Source: Chthoniobacteraceae bacterium | GTDB taxonomy: Bacteria; Verrucomicrobiota; Verrucomicrobiia; Chthoniobacterales; Chthoniobacteraceae | Direction of reading: 5' to 3' | NCBI GenBank assembly: GCA_037190965.1 | Contig: JBBCKI010000019.1 | Location: forward strand, 1 to 64,000 | Length of the DNA: 64,000 nucleotides | Translations under genes and position numbers: made by a program | Shown: positions 41,889-55,108 of the stretch, piece by piece | Position numbering within the stretch: the first letter of the stretch is position 1 | Layout: every line of letters starts with the position of its first letter | The notes under the pieces: generated by a model | What the model saw: the letters and a program-made list of their open reading frames with translations, nothing else | Database searches by the model: none | Told to the model about the DNA's origin: nothing

Positions 41889-43526
41889 ATGAACCGCACA
41901 GCGGCGCTCGCCGCGATCTTTCTGATTTGGGCCGCGATTTTTTTACCCGGCCTTGGGAGTCCCGAACTGAAGGGAGAGGAAGGTCGCCGGATCCTTCCCG
42001 CCCTTGCCATGCTCGACACCGGTAATTGGCTGGTGCCGTATCTCAATGGCGAGCCATATCTTCGCAAACCGCCGATGATCAATTGGTTGATCGCTGCTTC
42101 GGTCGAAGTGACGGGTGAACGGAGCGAGCGGGCCGCGCGGCTTCCCTCGGTACTGGCCGTGCTGGCTCTCGGGTTGACGCTGGTCTGGACCGGGAGTCGC
42201 TGGTTGCCGCCCGGCGGCGGATTCACGGCGGCGGTCTTCACTTTGACGAGTGTCGCATTTCTGGAGAAGGGGAGGCTGGCTGAAATCGAAGCCATTTATG
42301 TTTCATTGACGGGGATCGCTTTCGCTTTCTGGCTCGCAGCCTGGGCGTGCCGGGAGAGCGGGTGGCGGCTCTGGCTGATCCCCGGGATCGCTCTCGGGTT
42401 GGGCATGCTGACCAAAGGGCCGAGTCATCTGCTGCTCTTCTATGGAGTTATCATCCCGGTCCTGATCGCTTCGCGCGAGAAGCGGCAGCTCTGGAGCCCG
42501 GCGCATCTTGGTTCCTTCGCGCTGGCGTTGCTCATTTTCGCGGCTTGGGCCGTTCCGTATTTCCGGGCTGCGGCGGAGATGGGAGCCGGAGAAGTCTGGG
42601 CAAGCCAGGCGGGTAACGCGGCTGGGGGCGGTAGCCTCAAGTTGGGCGAATGGCTCCCCAACTTTCCCCGCGCGCTTTCCAACGGGCTCCCTTGGATCCT
42701 GTTGACGTGGCTTTGGTGGAACCGCCGCGCGCTTGAGGCTCTGGGAGCGCGTGATGAACGGCTCGTGCAACTCGTTCGGGCCGCTCGGTGGCCCTTGGTA
42801 ATCGGGTTTGTCGGGCTCATGATTATTCCGGGGGTGCTCCCGCGTTATACGCTCCCCCTCGTGCCCGCCGGCGCGCTTTTGCTGGCGGCGGTGGTCCCTT
42901 TCATTGCCCTTCCAGGGCTGAAGTTCTGGCAGTGGGCTAACCGGGTGTTGATGGGAGTGGTGCTGGTGGGGGCGGCGGCTTCTCCATGGATCGTCAAGCC
43001 TGCCGCTTTCCGGACTGAGTCGTGGCTCGACGTGGCAGTTCTGGTTGGGGCGGCGTTGCTGTTGCCGCCCACTGCGATCTGGATCTTTCGCAGGCGTGAG
43101 GCAAAAACTTCCACGTTGGCGGCAGAAAGTGCCTTATGCATCGCCGGGGCCATGATGGTCTATGCCATCGCCGTGCTCCCCAGGATGGACCTGCGGGACG
43201 ACCTGAGACCCATCGCAAAACAGATCAATGCGGCAGTTTCTGCCGGGCAACCCCTCCACGTGATCACCTCCGGCTACGAGCCGTTCTTTTTTTATCTGGA
43301 AATGCCCTGCATTTTCCAAAAGTCGCCAAAGAAAATCGCCGACAATGCCGAGCAAATCCTCTTCCCCGCAGGGGCGATGAAGAAAGTGAAATCGCGCTGG
43401 CCAGAGGCTTCGGATGCCATAAGGTTGGAACGTCGTGGCAAAAAAGATTTTTTCCTCTTGAAACTCTCGCCTGAAAGGGGGAAAAACCCCCGCCCAAAAC
43501 GGGACCATTCAGGCACTGGAGCTTGA
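41889..43526 (+). CDS. ArnT/PMT-like GT-C membrane glycosyltransferase
   Basis: Motifs EEGRR, WLVPYLNGEPYLRKPP, ARLPS, LTKGP, RYTLP. Confidence 0.85.
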   Translation: MNRTAALAAIFLIWAAIFLPGLGSPELKGEEGRRILPALAMLDTGNWLVPYLNGEPYLRKPPMINWLIAASVEVTGERSERAARLPSVLAVLALGLTLVWTGSRWLPPGGGFTAAVFTLTSVAFLEKGRLAEIEAIYVSLTGIAFAFWLAAWACRESGWRLWLIPGIALGLGMLTKGPSHLLLFYGVIIPVLIASREKRQLWSPAHLGSFALALLIFAAWAVPYFRAAAEMGAGEVWASQAGNAAGGGSLKLGEWLPNFPRALSNGLPWILLTWLWWNRRALEALGARDERLVQLVRAARWPLVIGFVGLMIIPGVLPRYTLPLVPAGALLLAAVVPFIALPGLKFWQWANRVLMGVVLVGAAASPWIVKPAAFRTESWLDVAVLVGAALLLPPTAIWIFRRREAKTSTLAAESALCIAGAMMVYAIAVLPRMDLRDDLRPIAKQINAAVSAGQPLHVITSGYEPFFFYLEMPCIFQKSPKKIADNAEQILFPAGAMKKVKSRWPEASDAIRLERRGKKDFFLLKLSPERGKNPRPKRDHSGTGA

Positions 43527-43752
43527 AACCAAAATTTGTCTGGAATCAGAAATTCAAATGATTGACAGATTTTCGGTTTTCCGGCACCAATGCGGTTGGC
43601 TGAAGGTACTTTTTTGCCGACGTTTTTATTGTCCATCAATGCCGTTGAACATGCCGAAACATTTCGAACCCATTGCTTCCGAGGCCCTTGGCTCCGAATC
43701 GGCGCAAAGTTTTAAAAACCAGCCCCTCAATTTGACCCTCTCGTAAGCGACC

Positions 43753-44402
43753 ATGGCGAATATTTTCCCGCGTTGGAGTAACCTCCTTCCGCTCAAGCTT
43801 TTGATCTGCGCCGCTGTTTTGGGTGCTGGCTTGACGGGGGGGATCTGGTACTACTTCACCCCCAAGTACACCCGCGTCGGCTACATGCCGGTGCAACCGG
43901 TGCCTTTCTCCCACAAGATCCACGTCGGCCAGTTGGGGCTCGATTGCCGGTATTGCCACAGCTTCGTTGAGGTGGCGGCGCACTCGAACATCCCCAACAC
44001 CCAGACCTGCATGAACTGCCACTCGCAGGTGCAGAAGGAAAACCCGAAGCTCAAGCCGGTTCATGACTCTTGGGCCACCGGGAAGCCGATCGACTGGGTG
44101 CAGATCCACAAAACGCCCGATTACGTCTACTTCAACCACTCCGTTCACGTGAATCGCGGGATCAGCTGCTACAGCTGCCACGGACCGGTCAACGAGATGG
44201 AGGTCGTCTATCACCGCGAACCGCTCAGCATGGCGTGGTGTCTGGACTGTCACCGCAATCCCGAAAACCACCTCAGACCACCCCAGGAGGTCTTCAACCT
44301 CAACTGGCAGCCACCTGCCGGAACGACCCAGAGGAATATTGGTCTGGAGTTGAAAGACAAGTGGAACGTGAACCCGCCTGAGAACTGCGCTGGCTGCCAT
44401 CG

Positions 44403-44406
<4 letters not shown>
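43753..44406 (+). CDS. actA: Alternative complex III pentaheme cytochrome c
   Basis: TM anchor plus five CxxCH motifs; QPVPFSHKIH. Confidence 0.92.
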
Positions 44407-47542
<3,136 letters not shown>

Positions 47543-47543
<1 letters not shown>

Positions 47544-49018
47544 TGGCTAACGGCTCCACAATTTCAGCTCCCGACGAGTACGAGCAGCAGAAAGCTGCCG
47601 TCACCCGGGTTCCACTGGTCACCAATGACCGGAACATCCCCTGGGTCACCCAGCATGTCTCCGACATCGTCGAATCCAGGACGCCCATCTGGTGGTGGGT
47701 GTCGATCTTCTTCACCAGCCTCGTCGCCGCGTTCGGTCTGTTCTGCATCGCTTACCAGATCTCCACTGGCGTCGGCGTCTGGGGTGAGAACCACCCGGTC
47801 GGTTGGGCTTGGGACATCACGAACTTCGTGTTCTGGATCGGTATCGGTCACGCCGGTACCCTCATTTCCGCGATTTTGTTCCTGACTCGTCAGAAATGGC
47901 GTACCTCCATTAACCGCGCCGCCGAGGCGATGACGATCTTTGCGGTCGTTTGCGCCGGTATTTTCCCCGGCATTCACGTCGGTCGCGTCTGGATGGCCTG
48001 GTATCTCGCGCCGCTGCCGAACGCGAACGCCATCTGGCCGAACTTCCGCAGCCCCCTCCTCTGGGACGTGTTTGCGGTCTCGACCTATTTCACGGTGTCT
48101 CTGTTGTTCTGGTACGTCGGTCTGGTTCCTGACCTCGCGACGCTCCGCGACCGGGCCAAGTCGAAGGTTTCCAAGTTCGCTTACGGGCTCTTCGCCCTCG
48201 GCTGGCGCGGCGGCAACCGTCAGTGGCGGCACTACGAGATGGCCTATCTGATCCTGGCCGGTATCTCGACCCCGCTGGTGCTTTCGGTGCACTCCGTCGT
48301 GTCGTTCGACTTCGCGACCTCCGTTCTCCCCGGCTGGCACGCCACCATCTTCCCGCCTTACTTCGTCGCGGGCGCCATTTTCGGCGGGTTTGCCATGGTG
48401 TTGACGATCCTTCTTCCCGCGCGGCTGCTCTATCCGCAGCTCAAGGACATGATCACCCCGCAGCACATCGACAAGATGTGCAAGATCATCCTCCTGACCG
48501 GCAGCATCGTCGGTTACGCCTACGCGATGGAGTTCTTCATGGCATGGTACGGGGCGAACCCTTACGAGATCTGGGTCTTCCTCCGCAACCGCGTGGCGGA
48601 TCCCTACGTGTTCGGTCCGCTTTTCAACGTGCCTCCGGCTCCCTACTGGTGGGCCTACTGGGCCATGATCGGGTGCAACGTGCTTGCCCCGCAGGTCTTC
48701 TGGTTCAAGAAAAACCGCCACAACCTGATTCTCGTTTTCATCATCGTCAACCTGGTCAACGCGGGAATGTGGTTCGAGCGTTTCGTGATCATCGTCACCT
48801 CACTGCACCGCGACTTCCTCCCTTCCTCGTGGGGGATGTTCCACCCGACCTGGGCCGAGATCGGCCTCTTCGTGGGCACCTTCGGGATCTTCCTGACTCT
48901 GTTCCTTCTGTTCATGCGCTTCCTGCCGATGGTCACCATCTTCGAAGTGAAGACGGTATTGCCTGAGGCGGACCCGCACCATCACCCCAACACGCATAAA
49001 GGGGAGGTTTCACACTAA
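47543..49018 (+). CDS. actC: Alternative complex III quinol-oxidising NrfD-like subunit
   Basis: Motifs [35 protein letters not shown]. Confidence 0.94.
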
Positions 49019-49563
49019 TGGCTGAGCATCGAAAAGTTTACGGTATCGCGGCGGAATTCGAGAGTTCCGCAGACCTCATGCACGCTGCCGAGAAGGTGCG
49101 CGACGCAGGGTTCAAACGCTGGGACGTCCACTCGCCCTTCCCGATCCACGGGATGGACGCCGCGATGGGGCTTGGAAAGTCATGGTTGAGCGCTCTCGTT
49201 TTTTGCGGCGGCGTCACAGGCCTGATTACCGCAGCGCTCCTGCAGTTCATTCCTTCGTCGATCATCTACCCGATGATCGTTCACGGAAAGCCGTATGACT
49301 TTATGACGGTCCCGGCGTTCTTCCCGATCATGTTCGAGTTGACGATTCTTCTCTCCGCTGCGGCTTGTATCTCCGGCCTCTGCGTGTTCACTCAACTGCC
49401 GAAGTGGTATCACCCGATGTTCAACTGGGATCGCTTCAACCGCGTGACCGATAACGGGTTCTTCCTCGTCATCGAATCCCGCGATCCGAAATTCTCCGAA
49501 TCAAAAACCCGCCAGTTCCTCGACGAACTCGGGGGATCGCATGTCACCCTGGTGCATGATTAA
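49018..49563 (+). CDS. actD: Alternative complex III subunit D (DUF3341)
   Basis: Motifs SPFPIHG, GKP, PIMFELTIL. Confidence 0.9.
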   Translation: MAEHRKVYGIAAEFESSADLMHAAEKVRDAGFKRWDVHSPFPIHGMDAAMGLGKSWLSALVFCGGVTGLITAALLQFIPSSIIYPMIVHGKPYDFMTVPAFFPIMFELTILLSAAACISGLCVFTQLPKWYHPMFNWDRFNRVTDNGFFLVIESRDPKFSESKTRQFLDELGGSHVTLVHD

Positions 49564-49590
49564 GCCCCGCAATAAGCGTCACTAAGACCA

Positions 49591-50277
49591 ATGCTCAGAT
49601 ATTTCTTTATCAGTTTTACTCTGGCCGTCATCGCAGTGATGGCGATCGCCGGGTTCCGGGGCGAAAAGAGCCGCAAGGCTCCGATCGAGATCTTCCCCGA
49701 CATGGATCGGCAGCCGCGCTATAACGCGCAGCACAAGAGCGACTTCTATGCCGACGGGCGCGCAGCCCGGCAGCATGTGGAAGGTACCGTGCCGCAAGGT
49801 TTTGTTCAGCCAGGGCTGTACTCCACGACCCAGGGAAACAACGCCCGTAAGCTGACGGGGCCGGCGGGATTCGGAAACTTCCCGACTTACGCCGACACCG
49901 GCAAGATCGGCGAAGTTTGGGGCGATGGGATTCCGCTTCCTGAGTTGAACGTTGCCGTTCTTGAACGCGGCCGCGAACGTTACAACATCAGCTGCGCCGT
50001 TTGTCACGGCGAAGTGGGCGATGGCAACGGGGTCGTCTCCAAGTACGGGTTCGGCGGCATCGCCAACCTCCAGGAGGCCCGGTTCCGCACGATGGCCGAC
50101 GGCCATATCTTCCAGACCATCACCCATGGTAAAGGCAACATGGGAGCTTACGGCTCGAACATCACCGTTGAAGACCGTTGGGCAATCATCGCCTACATTC
50201 GCGCGCTGCAGAAGAGCCAGAACGCCAGCATCAACGACGTCCCCGCTCAAATTCTTACAGATTTGGAAAAGCAATGA
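49591..50277 (+). CDS. actE: Alternative complex III monoheme cytochrome c
   Basis: Motifs PDMDRQP, GTVP, CAVCH, DRWAIIAYIRALQ. Confidence 0.9.
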   Translation: MLRYFFISFTLAVIAVMAIAGFRGEKSRKAPIEIFPDMDRQPRYNAQHKSDFYADGRAARQHVEGTVPQGFVQPGLYSTTQGNNARKLTGPAGFGNFPTYADTGKIGEVWGDGIPLPELNVAVLERGRERYNISCAVCHGEVGDGNGVVSKYGFGGIANLQEARFRTMADGHIFQTITHGKGNMGAYGSNITVEDRWAIIAYIRALQKSQNASINDVPAQILTDLEKQ

Positions 50278-51488
50278 GTGATCATTCTCACACACCGGAA
50301 CTTAAGTCCGACTTTTTTGACGGCAGGAAGGCGAACTCCCTCGCGGCCATTTTTGGCGGCGTAGGCGTGGCGGCCCTGATCATCTCGTTGTTTCTCGGGC
50401 TCTACACCGGGGAGGATCTGAGCTTCCGGCAACTCTCCTTTTCATGGCTGTTTGCGGTTGTCTATTTCTTCGCCATTGCTTGCGGTGCGCTGTTCTGGAC
50501 CTTCGTCCACTACGCCACCGATGCAGAGTGGTCGGTTGTCGTTCGCCGTCAGTTGGAGAATCTCGGAACGGTGATGCCGGTCCTCTGTGCGTTCTTCTTC
50601 GCGGGGATCATCTTCTTTGCGCCCTATCTCTTCAAGTGGTGGACCATCCCGCCAGGGGCCGACGAGCTTCTCGACAAGAAAATCGCCTACCTGAACCCGT
50701 CGTTCTTCCTTGGCCGCGCGGTGTTCTACTTCGTCGCTCTCAGTCTGCTCGGAATCTTTATCCGGCGGAACTCGATTAAACAGGACATCGATGGGCACCC
50801 CGCTTACACGGTCCGCAATCGCGTGCTCTCCTTCATCGGGATTCCCGCCGTCGGTCTTTCGCTGACCTTTGCGGCAGTGGACTGGCTCATGAGCCTGGAC
50901 TTCCACTGGTTTTCCACCATGTGGGGTGTCTACATCTTCGCCGGTGGCGTCGGGGGCGCAATGGGAACGCTCGTCCTTCTTGTGACGTGGCTCCGGTCCA
51001 ACGGGCACCTCAAAGGGGTGACCATTGAGCACTACCACATCATGGGCAAGCTGATGCTCGCCTTCTGCGTCTTCTGGGCTTACATCGGCTACAGCCAGTA
51101 TATGCTCATCTGGTACGCGAACATGCCGGAGGAAACGGTTTACTTCATCCGCCGGAATACTGAAACGTGGTGGTACCTGAGCTTGGCTCTCGTGATCTTC
51201 CGCTTTTTCCTTCCTTTCCCTGTTCTCCTCTTTCAGGCGACCAAGAAGAATCCAAAATGGCTCTGCCTCGTCGCGGCGTGGCTCCTCATCATGCAGGCCC
51301 TCGATCTCTACATCGTCATCATGCCGATGTTGCATGTGAAGGGTGTTGATTTCACCTTCCTCGACGTGACTTGCTTCGTGGCTGTAGGCGGCATCGTGGC
51401 GGCCTACTTCCTCTGGAGACTTCCCAAAACCAATTTGTTCCCGGCTCGCGATCCGCGTCTCCCGGAATCCCTCCGTCTTACCAATTAG
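50274..51488 (+). CDS. actF: Alternative complex III membrane subunit F
   Basis: Motifs DWLMSL, WFSTMWG, SQYMLIWYANMPEE, DPRL. Confidence 0.9.
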   Translation: MSDHSHTPELKSDFFDGRKANSLAAIFGGVGVAALIISLFLGLYTGEDLSFRQLSFSWLFAVVYFFAIACGALFWTFVHYATDAEWSVVVRRQLENLGTVMPVLCAFFFAGIIFFAPYLFKWWTIPPGADELLDKKIAYLNPSFFLGRAVFYFVALSLLGIFIRRNSIKQDIDGHPAYTVRNRVLSFIGIPAVGLSLTFAAVDWLMSLDFHWFSTMWGVYIFAGGVGGAMGTLVLLVTWLRSNGHLKGVTIEHYHIMGKLMLAFCVFWAYIGYSQYMLIWYANMPEETVYFIRRNTETWWYLSLALVIFRFFLPFPVLLFQATKKNPKWLCLVAAWLLIMQALDLYIVIMPMLHVKGVDFTFLDVTCFVAVGGIVAAYFLWRLPKTNLFPARDPRLPESLRLTN

Positions 51489-51489
51489 T

Positions 51490-51990
51490 ATGGCTCAACC
51501 AAGAACAGCGCGTATCGGCCTCGGCTTTATCTGGGGTATATTGGGCTTCTGCCTGCTCGGACTGCTTGTCGCGATCTTCCGCGGTGGGCCTACCCCCGGT
51601 GACGCTTACGAAGATCAACGTGCCGCAGAGCGGACCAAGCGGCTTGCCGAGCTGCGCGAGGAAGCGCATGCGAAGCTTACGAAGTATGCGGTCGATAAGG
51701 AGAAGAAGACCGCACAGATCCCGATCGAGCGCGCCATGGAGCTGACGCTCAAGGATCTGGTTGCCAAGGGAATTTCCCCCAGTGCCGAGAAGGCCGAGAT
51801 CGTCCCGAGCCTCTTGGTTCCTCCGTATCTGAAGCCAGCCGTCGCAACCGAAGCTGCTCCGCAAGAAGCAGCGCCCGCTGCTTCGGCGGCTCCCATCCCT
51901 GCCGCTGCCGAACCGACGCCCGCCAGCCAGCCCAGCCCGGCTGCCGAGCCCCAAACTCCCGCCACCCCGGCTGCTCCCAGCGAGAACTAG
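51490..51990 (+). CDS. ActG-like small membrane subunit with Pro/Ala tail
   Basis: One TM helix, LTKY..D...QIPIERAM motif, position directly after actF. Confidence 0.7.
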   Translation: MAQPRTARIGLGFIWGILGFCLLGLLVAIFRGGPTPGDAYEDQRAAERTKRLAELREEAHAKLTKYAVDKEKKTAQIPIERAMELTLKDLVAKGISPSAEKAEIVPSLLVPPYLKPAVATEAAPQEAAPAASAAPIPAAAEPTPASQPSPAAEPQTPATPAAPSEN

Positions 51991-52001
51991 AATTTTTTTC
52001 A

Positions 52002-53519
52002 ATGAGCGTGCCTTCCACAGTTACTCGACAGTCCTCCGGGAGAGAAGTGATCCCCGGCGAACTCGAACAGGTTGAACGGGCGTCAATCGATGCCTCCGCG
52101 CGGGTCCCCGTGCTAACCTTTTATGCCTCAGCGGTATTCTGGCTTCTGGTCCAGACCGTTCTCGGCGTGATCAACGCCGTCAAGGTCCAGTGGCCGGAGT
52201 TTCTCGACGGCTGCGCCTGGCTGACTTTTGGCCGACTCTTTCCGGTCCAGAACAGTCTGATGATTTACGGCTGGGCGAGCCTTGCCGGTATCGGCACCGC
52301 CCTCTGGATTCTTGCGCGCCTTTGCCGCGTTGCCCTTCCGAAGCCGGCGATGCTGCTCACGGGAACGATGCTCTGGAACGTGGCGCTGATCGCGGGCTCC
52401 CTCGAGATCCTCGCCGGGAACGGACGCGGGTTGATTTATCTGGAGTTTCCGAGGTACGTCTTCGGGCTTCTCTTCGTCGCCTATAGTATAGTGGCGGTGT
52501 GGGGAGTAATCCTGTTTTTCAATCGCCGCCCCGGGCATATCTACATTTCCGCGTGGTATCTCATCGCGGCGCTCTTCTGGTTCCCTTGGCTCGTCGGTGG
52601 CACGAACCTTCTGCTCGGCTCCGGGCTTCCCGGTGCGGCCGGTGTTCAGGGGGTGATGCAGGCGATCGTCAATGCGTGGTTCGCACAGAACGTGATCAAT
52701 CTCTGGTTGAGCGCGATTGGCTTGGGTGCCATTTACTACCTTGTTCCGAAGGTGGTTGGCCGCCCGATTCATAGTTATCACCTTGCTTCTGTCGGTTTTT
52801 GGTCGTTCGCGATCTTCTCGGTCTGGACCGGCGGCCAGCGCCTTGCCGGTGGCCCTGTTCCTGCCTGGGTCATCACCGTGGGGATCGTCGCGGCGATCCT
52901 GATGCTCATCCCCGTCGCCACCGTGACGGCCAATTACTTCATGACGATGAAGGGCAAGTTCAATCTTGTCTATCACAGCCCGACCATCCGGTTCGTGTTC
53001 TTCGGGGCCGTGGCTTACACGCTCGCCAATCTCGTGTTGGTGGCGGGTTCCTTCCGCAGCCTCAGCAACATCACCCAGTACACCTGGTTTACGGTGGGCA
53101 GCGATTACCTCTTCATCTACGGCTTCTACTCGATGGTGATGTTCGGGGCGATGTACTACATTATCCCGCGTCTGGTCGGCTGCGAATGGCTCTCCGCCAG
53201 TTTCATCAAGCTCCACTTCTGGGGCACCGCTTACGGATGGGGAATGACCATCGCCATGCTGCTGCTGGCCGGTTACTCACAAGGGCAGATGCTGGCGAAC
53301 GTGCATGAGGTTCATGCGACCAACGCCGGGGCTGACTTCATGCTTTCGGTATCCGCAGCGTTGCCGTTCCTCCGTGGACGCAGCATCGCCCAGATCCTAC
53401 TCTGCGTCGGCCAACTCTTCTTTGCCCTTAACTTCCTGCTGATGTTGCTGCGTCTTGGCCGTCCAAGCGGAGCCCAGCCCACCCTGTTCGCACCCATCCA
53501 CGAAGGAGCCAAGTCGTGA
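52002..53519 (+). CDS. CcoN-like (cbb3 subunit I homologue) lacking metal-ligand histidines
   Basis: CcoN scaffold motifs (LTFGRL, YYLVPK..RPIHSY, LHFW) present; ligand His positions replaced. Confidence 0.85.
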   Translation: MSVPSTVTRQSSGREVIPGELEQVERASIDASARVPVLTFYASAVFWLLVQTVLGVINAVKVQWPEFLDGCAWLTFGRLFPVQNSLMIYGWASLAGIGTALWILARLCRVALPKPAMLLTGTMLWNVALIAGSLEILAGNGRGLIYLEFPRYVFGLLFVAYSIVAVWGVILFFNRRPGHIYISAWYLIAALFWFPWLVGGTNLLLGSGLPGAAGVQGVMQAIVNAWFAQNVINLWLSAIGLGAIYYLVPKVVGRPIHSYHLASVGFWSFAIFSVWTGGQRLAGGPVPAWVITVGIVAAILMLIPVATVTANYFMTMKGKFNLVYHSPTIRFVFFGAVAYTLANLVLVAGSFRSLSNITQYTWFTVGSDYLFIYGFYSMVMFGAMYYIIPRLVGCEWLSASFIKLHFWGTAYGWGMTIAMLLLAGYSQGQMLANVHEVHATNAGADFMLSVSAALPFLRGRSIAQILLCVGQLFFALNFLLMLLRLGRPSGAQPTLFAPIHEGAKS

Positions 53520-54187
53520 AGCCTACGCCACTTCTTTTTGCCGGAATCTTTGCTTCGTTTGCCGCCGCCTGGCTTGGTCTGATCGTCGCGTCTGACACGC
53601 AGATCGGTAACCTCCAGCCGCAGGTTGACGAAGAGAACGCCGATGTTTACCCGATCAACGTAGCCGGACTCGCCGAGCAAGGCCGCCGCGTCTACATTGC
53701 CAATGGTTGCAACTATTGCCACACGCAATTGGTTCGCGAACCCCATGCCGGCCCGGACATCGCGCGGGAATGGGGCACCCGCCGCACGGTTGCCCGGGAC
53801 TACATTTACGAGAGCGGCGCTGTCATCGGGTTCATGCGAAACGGTCCGGATCTCGCCAACATCGGCGCTCCCAAGGCTGAGAATTCAAGACGGGGCTACG
53901 TCAATGATCCGAAGTGGCAGTACGCGCATCTTTACAATCCGCGCGCGACCACCCCGGCTTCAAACATGCCCGCCTATCGCTATCTCTTCGAGAAGAGGAA
54001 GATTAGTGGCGAGCGCTCCGAGAACGCGCTGAACCTGACGGAAGCCGACGGAGTTGAGGCCGGTTACGAAATGGTCCCCAACAATGACGCCAAGGCGCTC
54101 GTCGCCTACCTCCTCTCTTTGGATAGGAGCCATCCCTTAAAAGAAGTCAAAGGAGCCGCGCCTGCCCCCGCCGCTGCTGCCAAGTGA
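53516..54187 (+). CDS. CcoO-like membrane-anchored monoheme cytochrome c
   Basis: Motifs GRRVYIANGCNYCHTQ, RNGPDLA, HLYNPR, SNMPAY. Confidence 0.88.
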   Translation: MKPTPLLFAGIFASFAAAWLGLIVASDTQIGNLQPQVDEENADVYPINVAGLAEQGRRVYIANGCNYCHTQLVREPHAGPDIAREWGTRRTVARDYIYESGAVIGFMRNGPDLANIGAPKAENSRRGYVNDPKWQYAHLYNPRATTPASNMPAYRYLFEKRKISGERSENALNLTEADGVEAGYEMVPNNDAKALVAYLLSLDRSHPLKEVKGAAPAPAAAAK

Positions 54188-54906
54188 GCACGAAGAGCCC
54201 AGATCCTTTAATGCCCATGCAACCAGGAGAAGACGAAATTGATTATCGCGAAACGGCCGATGTGACGCGTGTCCACGGCGCAGTGAAGCGCGAGCACAAG
54301 GAACCGGAGGCGGGCATCGTCCCGGTGCCGGTCTGGTGGTTTGCCGTGGTCATCCTTGTGACCTTCGGAGCCGCCTTCTACTTCGGACAGTTCGGCGGCG
54401 GCTTCAGTGGGGAAGTCTTCAATGAACGCGAAGGTTCGCTGGCTGCCGGCGCGAAAGAAGGCGGTGCTGCCGCCGGGGCGGAAGCTGCCAAAGAGCAATC
54501 CCTCGCCGAGATCGGCAAAAAGGTTTTCAACCAGAACTGCGCTTCCTGCCATCAGGCTAACGGGCTGGGGCTCCCCGGCACTTATCCTCCCTTGGCGGCA
54601 TCGCACTGGGTCAGTGGTTCCACCAAGCGTCTGACGGCGCTCGTCCTTAAGGGGATGCAGGGGCCCGTTGTGATCGAAGGGAAGAGTTACAATGGAGCGA
54701 TGCCCGCCTGGGGCCGCGACTTCAACGACAAGAAGATGGCGGCCGTCCTGAGCTACATTCGCTCGGCCTGGGGCAACACGGCGGGAGAGATCACTCCCGA
54801 ACAGGTCGCCGTGGTTCGGGCAGAGTTCGCCAGCCGGACAGAGTCATTCGCTCCGCCGGAGTTGGAAGCCATTACGGAGGATATCCCCGCGGTACCCGCC
54901 CCTTAA
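54184..54906 (+). CDS. Membrane-anchored monoheme cytochrome c
   Basis: TM helix; motifs CASCH, YPPLA, YNGAMP, SYIRSAWGN. Confidence 0.88.
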   Translation: MSTKSPDPLMPMQPGEDEIDYRETADVTRVHGAVKREHKEPEAGIVPVPVWWFAVVILVTFGAAFYFGQFGGGFSGEVFNEREGSLAAGAKEGGAAAGAEAAKEQSLAEIGKKVFNQNCASCHQANGLGLPGTYPPLAASHWVSGSTKRLTALVLKGMQGPVVIEGKSYNGAMPAWGRDFNDKKMAAVLSYIRSAWGNTAGEITPEQVAVVRAEFASRTESFAPPELEAITEDIPAVPAP

Positions 54907-54909
54907 ATC

Positions 54910-54937
54910 TTGCCATAATTAGTAGAATTTATATAAT
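54910..54937 (+). promoter_or_regulatory. Sigma70-type promoter upstream of cox1
   Basis: TTGCCA-N16-TATAAT in an AT-rich patch. Confidence 0.65.
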
Positions 54938-55108
54938 CCCTGAAACCCCAGCCATCCCGGCGTCTTCTGCGCGGTATTCTGCAGCAAAAGCTCTCTCTTG
55001 AGCGAGCGTCTGGACGGCGTAAGTTCGCCCCGTCGAATTTGCTGCGGTCCTCAAAAGACCGCGGGTTTCACACATTTCAGCGTCGCCAAAGCCTCAGCAA
55101 TCACACCC

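Noticed and set aside
43626..43640. FNR-like box upstream of actA (ttattgtccatcaa)
   Set aside because: Only the ATCAA half-site matches TTGAT-N4-ATCAA.
52002..54906. Calling ccoN/ccoO/cytochrome c a functional cbb3 oxidase
   Set aside because: Subunit I lacks all metal ligands, and the third gene is a monoheme cytochrome rather than a diheme CcoP.
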